Part shown: piece by piece, positions 26,886-38,384 of the stretch
Position numbering within the stretch: the first letter of the stretch is position 1
How the letters are laid out: each line of letters begins with the position of its first letter
NCBI GenBank assembly: GCA_043228905.1
Contig: JBHGNT010000009.1
Span: 2,046,001-2,110,000, forward strand
Source: Azolla caroliniana
Taxonomy: Eukaryota > Plantae > Polypodiophyta
Direction of reading: 5' to 3'
DNA length: 64,000 nucleotides
The notes under the pieces: generated by a model
Told to the model about the DNA's origin: nothing
Database searches by the model: none
What the model saw: only the letters and a program-made list of their open reading frames with translations
Program-made: the position numbers and the translations under genes

Positions 26886-27240
26886 GGAACGGGGAAACCG
26901 TACACATCAATACATGTTAGAGCCCATTCCGTTGGCTTCCATTCGAACCATTGCTTCCATGCGACTTAGCTCACATGCACTGCAATGTGAGACGGGGTGT
27001 TGGGGCACAAGTGATGAGAGTGGTCGACTATGCACACTTTGCCCTAAACAAGTTCGAGAGTTTGGGTACCAGACTTTGATACAATGCTCTGCCTTTGATC
27101 ATATCGACCATGCTTTCAACACATCTTCGACCAAGCCCAATCCTTGCACGAATTTCTCTCACAACCACAATGTGCACTTTTGATTGCAACCTTCATTGGT
27201 AACTTTCTTGAACATTGAGAGTTGCTACTGCATCATGCTC
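26881..27240 (+). mobile_element. 3' fragment of a LINE (C-terminal Cys/His domain) next to a (TC)n tract
   Basis: IASMRLSSHALQCETGCWG...RLCTLCPKQVRE..YQTLIQCSAFDHI; same motif type as 4332-4705. Confidence 0.65.
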
Positions 27241-27569
27241 TATTGATTTCAATATTTTTAAAGGTGTAAGCATCCCCGAGGATAGAAGTATTGATGATGA
27301 AAACTTATTGAAGCAACTTGTTTCCAAACTTTATTTGGTAGGGCATTAATAAAGGCAGTAAATAAGAGTCTTCAAGATCATGTGGCTCTTTATGCTATGA
27401 AAATGTTATCATGTATGAATTCATCAACGGGATCTATATTCTAGCAAGGAAAGAGTATGAGACTAACAAAGTTAAAAGAACTTGGAATTTTTCATGGTGT
27501 TTAAAAAACGAGAGATCTGGAAATGTGTTTTCTCTTATAGTTGATAGTGATAAATTGTATGATGAATAT

Positions 27570-28585
27570 TGTGAAATGCACATAAGAGATCAAAACCAGT
27601 CTCCTTAGCTTCTTACTTCTTAATCAATTTATAGTTGATACAACGGAACCCATTTGGGTTGGCTTGGCTAAAAAGGGTGTGCTAAAAGGGTGGCACAAAG
27701 GAACACATGCACACCACATTTCCCCCCTGCGAGAACCAAGAGATTGAGGGGCATGAGTGACCATGTGTGGTCCTTGCCAGGAACTGGAATGGTCCTCGCT
27801 GAGAGTTGGAACACGAACACCAACGGGCGTGAGCAACCATGTTGTCCTCACCGACAATTGGAACATGAACGAGTGAGTGACCATCTGGCCCTCACCGGGA
27901 ACTAGAACATGAACAACAATGGGCATGAGTGACCATGTCGGTCCTCACCGGGATCTGGAACACGAACAATAGTTGGAGTGAGCGGCCATGTGCAGTCCTC
28001 ACCGGAGACTGGAACACAAACGGGAGTGAGCGACCATGCGGCCCTCACTGGGAACAGGAACACGAACGGGAGTGAGCGGCCATGTGCGGCCCTCATGGAG
28101 AACTCGAACACGAACGGGCGTGAGCGACCATGCGGCCCTCACCAGGAACTAGAACACGAACACGAACACGAAAGAAACTAAAAAATAGAGACAATGAAGC
28201 GATGTTGATGATGAAGCGGTGGATATCGGGAGGCCTAACTAGTGAACTAAGGCGGTGCTAATAGAAGAGATACTACTACAAGAGACTAACAAGAGTGTCG
28301 GTGATGGTGGTGAGGGCGATGCTACCTACGAAGCGGAAGAGGCGTATGCTTGGATGTGGGGGACTGGTACCCCGTCATCTCCACCAATATGTGAAATGCA
28401 CATAAGAGATCAAAACCAGTCTCCTTAGCTTCTTACTTCTTAATCAATTTATAGTTGATACAACGGAACCCATTTGGGCTGGCTTGGCTAAAAAGGGTGT
28501 GCTAAAAGGGTGGGTCATTTTGGGCACACGCATCCTAAAAAGGGTGTGCTAAAAGGGTGGCACAAAGGAACACATGCACACCACA
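27570..28585 (-). mobile_element. Complete TRIM-like non-autonomous LTR element (TRIM-2)
   Basis: Near-identical LTRs 27570-27718 and 28390-28585 (TGTG...CACA; right LTR has ~47 bp extra). 4-bp TSD ATAT. PBS TGGTGGAGATGACGGGGTA (28386-28368) matches the tRNA-Ala 3' end. PPT GCAGGGGGGAAA next to the left LTR. Non-coding interior with ~46-48-bp tandem repeats at ~27750-28170. Confidence 0.9.
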
Positions 28586-29672
28586 ATATGTATAATGTGA
28601 TCTTCAAACCACTAAATGTGTTAGAATATATTATTTCGGATATTTGGAGTAGACTGAATTTTAGTGAGGTTTAGAAACGAATTAAGCTACCTTAGTTTCT
28701 AAATATTTCATCGATATTGTTTGATTCTATGTTCTTCTATGCCAAACATGTGAGATAAGATTTAGTTTGCCTAAATCAAAGAAAGAATACATTCGATTTT
28801 AAATGTAGAAGGTGTGTGAATGGATGCTGTGGAACTGCAATATGCACATTAGGGGATGCACAAGGTCTTAGTGTAAACGATGTGAATGCAGGAGGTGCTA
28901 ATGCATCTCGTGGATCTATCTGCAGACTGAATCTTGGGGGATGCACAAGGACCTAATGCAGTAGATATGAATGACACTAGCATGCCAAAGATGCACTCTG
29001 CAGGAAAGGGAAATAAGGAAAGTGGTGTTCACAAGGATGTTGTCCGCATGCTTGAAATTGTGATCTCGCCAGAAGATCCTCAATGTTCAGGTTAATAGGC
29101 TGATATCTTCCTCCTTCATATATGCAATTTTTTTTTGGAGGCAGGCCTATCAAAGGCATGTTAAGGGACATGCTTCAGACAGCTTTGCAGGAGTTTATGC
29201 CAAAAAATCCAAACAGTTAGTGCCATGGGCTTGGGTTTTTTATCCACATAGAACTAGAATGTCAATCGAATAGTCCTGCGATTTTAAATGCAAGCCCAAT
29301 TGAGCTGAAATATGGAAAAGGCATCCTGCTGCTGCAATCCTCCACCTCCTTCTCTGTAGTAGAGGAAAACAAACAGCTAGGCAACCCCAAAATCATCTCG
29401 GTATCTCTTCCGAATTTGGCAAAATATCTGCAGCCACTAATTCTGGCACTTTGCAACAAAATAGGCGTTCTATGCCCACACAAGAAATCGATGGCTGAGG
29501 TGGTAAAGGATGTCCCTAAAGCTAGGATTCTGGTCAATAATACAGCCAATCTTCCTCCCAAAATAAGAATGCAGACAGGCGATCATGGTTGGATTGATGT
29601 GGATGCCGAATCCTATGGACGCCCAGGGCAATGCTATGTATGCACGGAAATTGGGCATTTGGCCAAGAACTC

Positions 29673-29703
<31 letters not shown>

Positions 29704-30334
29704 AAAAAACTAGGAGTCATGCAAATACAGAGAAAGTAAACGGGGAAGAGAAGGGGTATGTAAGTCATTCAGAAAAGCAAGATGCCAATGAGCCTTGTGG
29801 GGAATCTAAGAGGCATGCTTATTCAGGGGCTGTGGAAAAACTCAAGACTAAATGGGTTGTGAAAAATAGTGATTCAGGTGCAGGAAAGGACATGACAGAC
29901 AAATTTATCTTGCACAACCCCATTGCAGTGGTGAACCGTTCAGTGTGCTTGATGGTCTGGAGGATGAAGAGACTGACAATGAGGTGGTCTTATCTACCCC
30001 AAATAATCTGATTTTGAAAAATGAAAAGTCGCCAGACCTGCGGAAAGCCAAAATATGGTTGAGAACCAAACACAACAACGGAGGAAATAAGGAACATGTT
30101 GTGGTTTGCAAACAAGTTCAGCCAGGCGACTGGGCTTTAGTAAATGTATCCTAAAATTGTGTTCAAGAAGATTTCGCAAGGAGAAGGAAACAATGCTGGC
30201 AGGGCTACTAAAACATCGATGTGGATAGCGATGGGAAAATGGAGAATAGGGATCAATGTGTGAAGCTGCTCAGAAAACTAAGAATAGTAAGGACTTGCTC
30301 ATGGAAAACCTATTGTTGACCTGATTAGTTATTG

Positions 30335-31036
30335 ATGAAGCTGTTAACATGGAATGTACAGGGAATGGTAGGAAATGACTGCATGAAAGAATGCGGAAGG
30401 TTCCAGCAGGACCTTGACTTCATCTTGAAATCATGCAAAGCCGATTTCATTTTGATTCAAGAACATCATCTGAATGCTGTGAGAATAAATAACGTAAGTT
30501 TGCTGCTAAATAAGGAATGGCTATGCCATTGTTCAGAAGCCTTTGGAGAATCCGGAATACAAGTTGGGGTAGCAATACTAAAAAGACGACTTTGCCCTAT
30601 GCAAATCATAGATCCAGGGGAACTGATCAGAGGGCAAGCGATTTACATCATTACTCGTTGGAAACAAATCCAGATAGGTGTTGTCAACATGTACGCACCT
30701 AATCCAACAAATGAGAGATCAGAGTTTTGGAGATCCCTTCATGAGCCTCTTCCAAATGCGGAGGAATGGTTGATAGTGGGGGATTTTAATATGTTGGAAA
30801 CTGTTGCCAATTCATTGATAATGGCATACACCAATCTACTCATGGGACATGAAAGGCTGCCATGGGAAGTGTTAGTTGGGAAAACTCAAATTCATGATGT
30901 TTGGTTTTCCAGTGCCTTCTGCAAGATGCCCCACTCTCTCAAATACTCTAGAGAAATGGCAAATTTGATGGGACAGATACACTCAAGACTGGACAGAATT
31001 TATGTGAGTCCCCAAATTGAAAATATTGGAGGTTGA
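30335..31036 (+). pseudogene. LINE ORF2 apurinic-endonuclease domain
   Basis: LLTWNVQG, DFILIQEHH, VNMYAPN, WLIVGDFN, SRLDRIY motifs. Confidence 0.9.
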
Positions 31037-31463
31037 GTTGGAATAATCCCCAGTTCAATCTTCTGACCACAAGTCAGTTGAAATTGAACTAGCAAATGAT
31101 GATGCCCTGCAGATAATGTTCAACATTAGTATTCATGATAGTATACTATAGAAGGATGACATAAATGAACAAAGAATTTTTCAGAAGTAAAGCCCCCCAA
31201 AAATCTGGAACCCAAATATCCATGTTGACTCATAAAGATGGAACAACCACTGAAAACACTGCAAAAATATTATCCATTGCAACAAATTTCTATAAAAATT
31301 TGCTGAAGTATCATAAACTGAAATGGATACAATTCTGTCGGTATTGCCCACACGGTTGAATAGTGTAGATGTTGCGGCCATTGACATGCCTCCCTCATGG
31401 ATGGAAATATCTGATGCCCTTTTATCCATTAGTGGGGACTCATACTGTGGTCTAGATGGTTCA

Positions 31464-32320
31464 GGCTTTTAAAAATCAATAGAAAATGTATTACTGCGTA
31501 TTGAGAAGGCCTTCCAGTGGCAACTTCAAAAGGTTCTGTATGATCACTTGGACTTGAACCAGGTCCCATAAAGTGAGAAAATGGAACCTGTGTGGCAGAT
31601 GAGGGTGTATGTACTGGTGTCTGCTGCACAGATACATAAATTAACCGCTCAACCTAGATGTAAGCTTTCTTTAAAAAGCAAGGATAAAATTCATTATGAT
31701 CACAAGCAGTTCTTTCCAAAAGACAACAAACAGTCTCCGTGCAGATAATAAGTTTGCTAAAGGAAAGATAATACATTTGATTGCAACCAGCAATATCCAG
31801 AATGTCAACATCTCCGTGCAAATAGCATAGGGTAACAATGAGCAAAATTACTGAAACCAATGATAGTGCATATACTAACAAGCAGTTTTTTATAAGATAA
31901 TGCATTCATGCACATACGATACACGTGCAAAAGCAAAAAGAAAATGATTATGATGTCAAGAAGGTTTTTTATAAATCAAAGTCTGCATAAACATAAAGCA
32001 GATTTGCAAAAGCAAAGTTAATGGTTTTGTAAAGTTATACTTACAATCGCAAGCCATTCTAAAAATATAATGTTCAATAAATACAATGCATTTTATTACA
32101 GGCCAGTTTTTCAAGACGGCAATGTCTCCTTGACCATAGGTACATTTGCTTCAGCAACAATAACGCATATAATCACTAGCAGCTTTAAATAAAAAATGTA
32201 CTGTGCAAATATGATGTATATGATTGCAAGCCATTCTACTAAAAGGGCATTTGAGTATACAGTAAAAGAAAGATATTTCTCAAAAGTAAGGTCCATAGCA
32301 GATTTTTCTCAAAGGTAAGG
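31464..32320 (-). pseudogene. Duplicated fragment of the TFIIA gene (exon 3 plus flanking intron) inside the LINE
   Basis: Colinear, highly similar to 45043-45730. Exon copy 31623-31495 reads QTPVHTPSSATQVPFSHFMGPGSSPSDHTEPFEVATGRPSQYA and keeps the CAGCAG acceptor and GTAAT donor. Confidence 0.93.
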
Positions 32321-34406
32321 ACATTTATAAAGGAATCAAACATGAAGATTCCACGGAGCATGGACAATGGACCGATACGATTGGTCATGAAAGCTTGGAA
32401 AACTATTGAGAAAAGGAATTCTTTGGAGAGCCCCAAACTCTGCCTTGGAATGGTCTCGTTGGTTGCTGATATGGAACCCCAACTTCAGGGATGCCAATTG
32501 CAGTATGCTGAGACAATGTGTGGATCTACCGTGGGCAGATATTGACAAAACCTAGCACTTCACGTTGGCATCTTGGTGTGAACAGAATGAGCTTTTTAAT
32601 GTAGTTGCTACAGAAAAAAGGCAGAAAATGGGTGACTATGCTGAATGTGACCTCGAACAGAATGAGATTGTATGAGGGAATAAGGAACAATGTGGATGGC
32701 ACAAATGCAGGGTATCAGTGGGGAGGTTGGTTTGATGCAACAAATGAATTGCATGAGATCAAGCATGTGGTGCACTTTGATATACGGATACAGGTCAATG
32801 AAGATGTAAACAAGAGTCCGAGAGGTATGTTGGAAGCCAGTGCGGTTAATTACTACTAGTGGTAAAAACTGGGAAATCGACCCAGGCGCCCATAAGCTGC
32901 GTGATGTGTCTCGGTCTGGATCCAAGCTGGGGTGGAGTAAGAGAAAGTCACTTGGGATCCCTCAGAATTTTTATGGGACACAGGAAAAACAGGTAAAAAG
33001 AAACAATTGTTTCAATATACAGCAAAAATTGGCCGAAATATCATTCAGCAACAGGGAATTCACAAAGATGCACTTGGTAGTAAATGGAGGGTGGAGGGCT
33101 TAGATGACACTTGTATGCAGGCTTATTGGAGAAAGTTGTGGGCAGCTAATACTAACTTGCCTGAAAAATGCAAATACTTTCTTTGGCTTATCAACCATGA
33201 AGCCCTCATGGTTACAAAGGAGAGGCAAAGATGGTGCCAATAAGAATCAATAAGGAGAGCTACAACTACGATTCAGAATCGATTGAACATTGCTTGTGGT
33301 CCTACATGTACACAAATATGATTTGGGGAAAGAATTATACGCATTCTAGTGGCATGTGGCATGGAAGGCTCGATTTCATTTGGTTATGCTATATGGTGGT
33401 CTCTCGAGAAGAATGTGTGGATGTGTGGGTCGCAGGACGACTCCTTAGCCCTCATAGTGCACAGAACCCACTAAACATGGAAAACGATTGGATGTACGCA
33501 AATTTGGGGACCACGAAATCTACAAAAAGCATGGTCAACGGTGGCATCAATTGGTATGTGGGACATTTGGAAATACATAACTCAAATGGTACTCAGGGGA
33601 AACACACACAATTGCAGATGTCATCACAACTATATGGACTGATCTACCGGTATCCTTGTGTGCATAATTCGAAAACCTGCATGGAGATTTAGAGTCTCAA
33701 GAGTTGGCACAAGCACAATTTATCTCGCTCTAGGCAACCACACTATTGGTGGACTTAACGTCAGGACATCCGAAATTGTGCTTCCAGCCGCCTCACTGGC
33801 TCTACCCCCTTGGCCAGCAAATCACCCATATTGCTTTCAGTGATATCAATGTCTAGCTGCATTCAGAAGCTTGTTAGTTGTGTCTTGATGCTTGGAAAAT
33901 AACAAGTTCTGTCAGCCAAACCATTTGTTGTTATGTAGACAGGGATTGCCCCACCTTTATTTTATCTAAGGTGTCACCCAACGAAAGCCAAATATATATG
34001 AAAGCGACCTGTAAATAGTTACTTGTAGAGTATCTATAGATACTTAGAGTGTACATAACCTGATTTGTATATGCGATTCACCTAACTAATGGGAAGCGAT
34101 TTTTTCTCACAAGGACTTGAACTAAAAAAACATGACTCTTTTGCCAATATTTTATAGTAGCAATAAAACGAGACATATCATCATATTTTCACATGAATTC
34201 CTCGTGATCATGATAACATTGAAGATTTAATAGAAGTCATAGACTGAAATTTTGTTAATGTTATCTAATATGTTTTGGAATTTCCCTACGTAATGACTTG
34301 TAATTTTCTCTTACCACAAGAATTAGCTATAAATGTTCTATGATTTTGTATATCATGCTTCAATTGTGCAATTTTTCTAAGAAGAATAGTTTGATAATAA
34401 TAAAAA

Positions 34407-34720
34407 GGGAAAAGTACCAGGATACCCATAGAAGTTCGTTTATTTACCAGAATGCCCTTGTAAGTTCCAAATTTACCAAACTACCCCTATGTCCAAAAAA
34501 TTACACCTTATAAAGTAAATTATACACACAAATCTACAAGCCCTATTTACCAAAGATCGAAGAAATGGACCCAAATTAGCCCTATTTACCAAAGATTTGA
34601 GTGTATAATTACTTTATAAAGTGTAATTTTTTGGACATAGGGGTAGTTTGGTCAATTTGGAACTTCCAGGGGCATTCTGGTAAATAGACGAACTTCCAGG
34701 GGTATCCTGGTATTTTTCCC
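34407..34720. mobile_element. Mutator-like MITE
   Basis: ~120-bp TIRs (GGGAAAAGTACCAGGATACCC.../...GGGTATCCTGGTATTTTTCCC) and 9-bp TSD TAATAAAAA (34398-34406, 34721-34729). Confidence 0.9.
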
Positions 34721-36936
34721 TAATAAAAAATAGCTTCTAATTGTCTTGAATGACATGTACAATAGTAGGAAGATGACTGATAATTGTTTTGAAAATCCAG
34801 TTAGGTTAAAGAGAAGAAGGAAACTTCTCAATTGGGGTAAAAACAATTGCCCAACACTCTCAACAATTAAACAATTTGCAGGTTTGTTCTTTGCCGTGTT
34901 TTAAGGTATCCTATTTTTTTCTTTATGATAATCCATCTATTTCTTCTTGTGGTCTTTCTTTAGGCGTAGAATAATGTTTGCTAACATCTCGTGAGGAGGT
35001 ATCTTTGTATATCCTGACTCCATTACATGATAACGAATATGTCCCATCTTAGTATTTTTTTAGTGTATTTAAGAGGGATAGTAGAGATGAAATCTTCTTA
35101 CACTTTTCTTATATGTAATTTTCATCTCTATTAACACGTCCCACCAAATATCTTATAAGACATGAAATCATTGTTTACTTGTTTATAAGCTCTCCCGATA
35201 ATCAACTTTGTCTCACATACACCTTGTCGATAAACTATATTCTCCAAAGTTCTCGAATAAAATCTAGAATAATTCAAATGTCTCCAACGAGTGTTACGTC
35301 TTAAACATAGGCAATGTATCATACGTTGACTTGTACAATTCAAGGCTAACACCGAAGGTAGTTGGTTTTCTGAAAAACATTTATCTTAAAACATTGCATC
35401 GAAGGCCCCATTCTCCTTGAGGTTGTCATTATCTATGTAGTCTGTCTCATAACGCTACTCTGGTGCTTTGTTATTTATAAACATTTATTTAAAATCTCTC
35501 ATCTTCAACAACTAGCAAACTTTGTGCCTTATTTCATATTCTTCCTCTCTTTCTTTCATTCTATCTTATCTTTTTCATTGTCCATAGTTTAGGATGTTAT
35601 TATGTGCATATACCACATGTCAAAGAAGAATTTCTATCCTTCACAAGCATCCAAAAGTAAATGTGCATATAGGCTACTTTAGGCCTTCTCATGTGCCATC
35701 AGCCAAATTGTGAAAGAATCCAAAGAATGTGTTACTCACTATCCAAACTCCTCGTTCCCATATGTCTTCTCTCACATGTTTTTTCTTTCCTTTCTTTATC
35801 ATTCCGGTAAAGTAATAATAACACCCTTCAATATGGGGGTAATGTGGAATGTATTCATGGTAGTTTTCATAATATCTAAGTTGTACCCCATGATGAAATC
35901 ATAGGAAAACTACATGATATTTCTCTTAGACCTAGACCTCAACAATATTAAAAAGTGGAAAAAAAAAGTGATGTTGAAGGACAAGCTATCAAAGTCACAT
36001 TTTTCATCACATGCTTAAATATGTCATGTGTTTGAGTTAAAGGGTGTCACATCCCAAGTTTTTATCTGAAACAATCACCAATGTTTTTTTTAAGACGTGA
36101 ATGAATAGCTATGAAAAATGCATGCCTTCTTTGTTGTTAGAACTCAACTTAAGCCATGTTTTGTAACTTGGAACATAATTAGAGCAATCCATTCACTACA
36201 CTAAAACATTTAGCAAGGTTTTTTCCTCCAAGATGGTCTAGTTTTTATTGAAAAATGTCATCTTCCATCGTAGTTAGACCTTGACCTTGACCTAGACCAT
36301 ATTTTGTAATTGCTCCTCATGAAGTTGTAGTAACATCTTTCTTTCATAGAGTTTGTCCATTTGTCACAAATAATGGAAATTAAATCGGAAACAATCTCTT
36401 TGCATGATAAAGAATCTAAAGCCCGACAAAAAGTCACAAGATGTATCGTAGTTTGGTAGTGCCCCACCATTGGGGTGTTGGAGGTCAGAAGCTCAAATCC
36501 TATTATTCTAATCTAAGCCCAATCCATTAGCATACAACATCATTAGAGTGATTTGATTAGCTACGATGCAAGTGAACCAAAGTAACCTACTAATACCAAA
36601 CTAATTAAAGTTATGATGCAACCCGGTTACCTCCAAACCAAATTATTGCAATGTAAGCGTAGTCTCCTGTATTGCAAAACTTTACGGCAAAGCCTTTCTT
36701 AACGTTTAGTTTAGCACATTCAGATAAACACGCACAAGAAGGAAAAACAATGGTACAGAGTAGAGGGAAAGAGGAAGTGGTCTTAAATTGCTTGTCCGGA
36801 TGCGATGTGGAAAAGAGGAAGTGGTCTTATATTGCTTGTCCGGAGGCGGAGAGGGGGGGGGGGCATTCGGCCCCCCTGTGGGTGCTCTTCACCGATCAAT
36901 CCTACATAACTCCCTTTGCGTGTGACATTCAACCTC

Positions 36937-36983
<47 letters not shown>

Positions 36984-37149
36984 CAAACTCACAAGCAAAA
37001 CATGTGATATTATTATGCTATAGCCCCATCACAATAAACATGTGTGAGAAACAGAACAAAAAGAGGGGTGGGGCGGGGGGGGGGGGGGGGGGTAAGCAGA
37101 TAGATTGTCCGGACAAAGTGTGAAAGCAACCAAGTGAAACGTGTTCATA

Positions 37150-38384
37150 CCACATTTGCTCCCCCTCCTCATCCTTTCCTCGTCTCTCTCTGTATCTCTG
37201 TTTTTTTTTTCTCCTCTTTCTTTTCCTGTCCATCTCTCTCTCTCTCTCTGCTTTTCTCTGTTTTTTTAGGGTTTCTATGCCTGTTTCTCTCCATTTCATG
37301 TCCATTCATCATCTCCTCACCATGGTTACGCTTCTGTGCATCAAGGTCTACCGAACACCTTCTTCCCTTGTTCCTTCTGCAACCTTTTCCGCCCCCCTCC
37401 GCCGCCTCAATGCATTCTTCAAGATGAAGCAACACCATAGCCATTAAGAAAGACAAACATAAATTCAAGGTAATTGTTCCAAATTCAATTTCTTCCATTT
37501 TAAGGTTAAATCATATTTACATCACAAGGTCTTTCATTCTATTGGTTTCTGTCGATTTCATCTCATTTTAATTCATACCATTTCATCTTCGTCTGTTTCC
37601 ATAGCTTGAAGTGGTAATTCATTCATGCGTTCAATTATTTTTTTCTCATCTTCCTAACGCTTATATAACTTAAGGTATTCCCTTGCATCCATACTTTTCG
37701 GATTTGCTAATTTATTTTCATCTTCTCCCACAGATCTTAATTCGCAAGGTAATCCATTTTTCGCCACAATTATTCTTTTTTGAGCATGCCTCTATACTTA
37801 GTGAAATACAAATCTGTACTTGTGGTTTAATAAAAACACTGATGAAGATTTATGTCTTTTGAGTTCATCTATTCAATTGTCTTTTGAATATTCTCTTTTT
37901 GTGAGCATTTCTTTGTGCGTTTCAGGGTTTCTGAAATTCTAACAGACGCTTTAATGATACAGATTTAGGTGTTTTGAAATCCATTAAGAGGATTCTACTT
38001 CATAAGAAAACCAAAGCCCGCAGATTCCTGATGGGCTTCCAGAAAAATCAGATCTACGTATTTAGTTGTTTCTGAACATATCAAAATAGCTCAGTGGATG
38101 TTTCTTGCTAAATGGTAGCAAGATGAAAAGAAGAGGCCTTAACTACTTTTTCTGGCTAAATCTATATTCGATCAGAATCAAAGACAATTAAAAAGAATTT
38201 ATTTTCAAGAAGATATTTTGCTACACTTTTGTTTAACCAAGATCTCTACATAATGTGACTGGAAGAAAGAAATAAAGACAACTTAAAATGATGGTTTCTC
38301 TCAAGAAAATTTTTGCTATTCTTTTATTTGGCGAAGAAATCTATATGATGTGATTAGAAACAAACAAGGAGGAAGGCAAAAAAA
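37150..38384 (+). promoter_or_regulatory. Long 5' leader of the SLT1/FYD-like gene with introns and uORFs
   Basis: CT-rich patch 37160-37268; telo-box-like TAGGGTTT at 37267; donor AAG|GTAATT 37470; 15-nt mini-exon 37734-37748 (CAG|...AAG|GTAATC); acceptor TTTCAG| 37925; several short AUG ORFs. Confidence 0.55.

Larger units (their letters stand above)
28800..34130 (+). mobile_element. Degenerate L1/Tx1-like LINE with RT replaced by host DNA; outer boundaries approximate
   Basis: ORF1 zinc knuckle CYVCTEIGHLAKN (~29630); ORF2 APE endonuclease; GLDG motif at ~31449 just before where RT should start; zf-RVT-like YWRKLWAA..PEKCKYFLWL and ESIEHCLW at 33120-33300. Confidence 0.85.
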
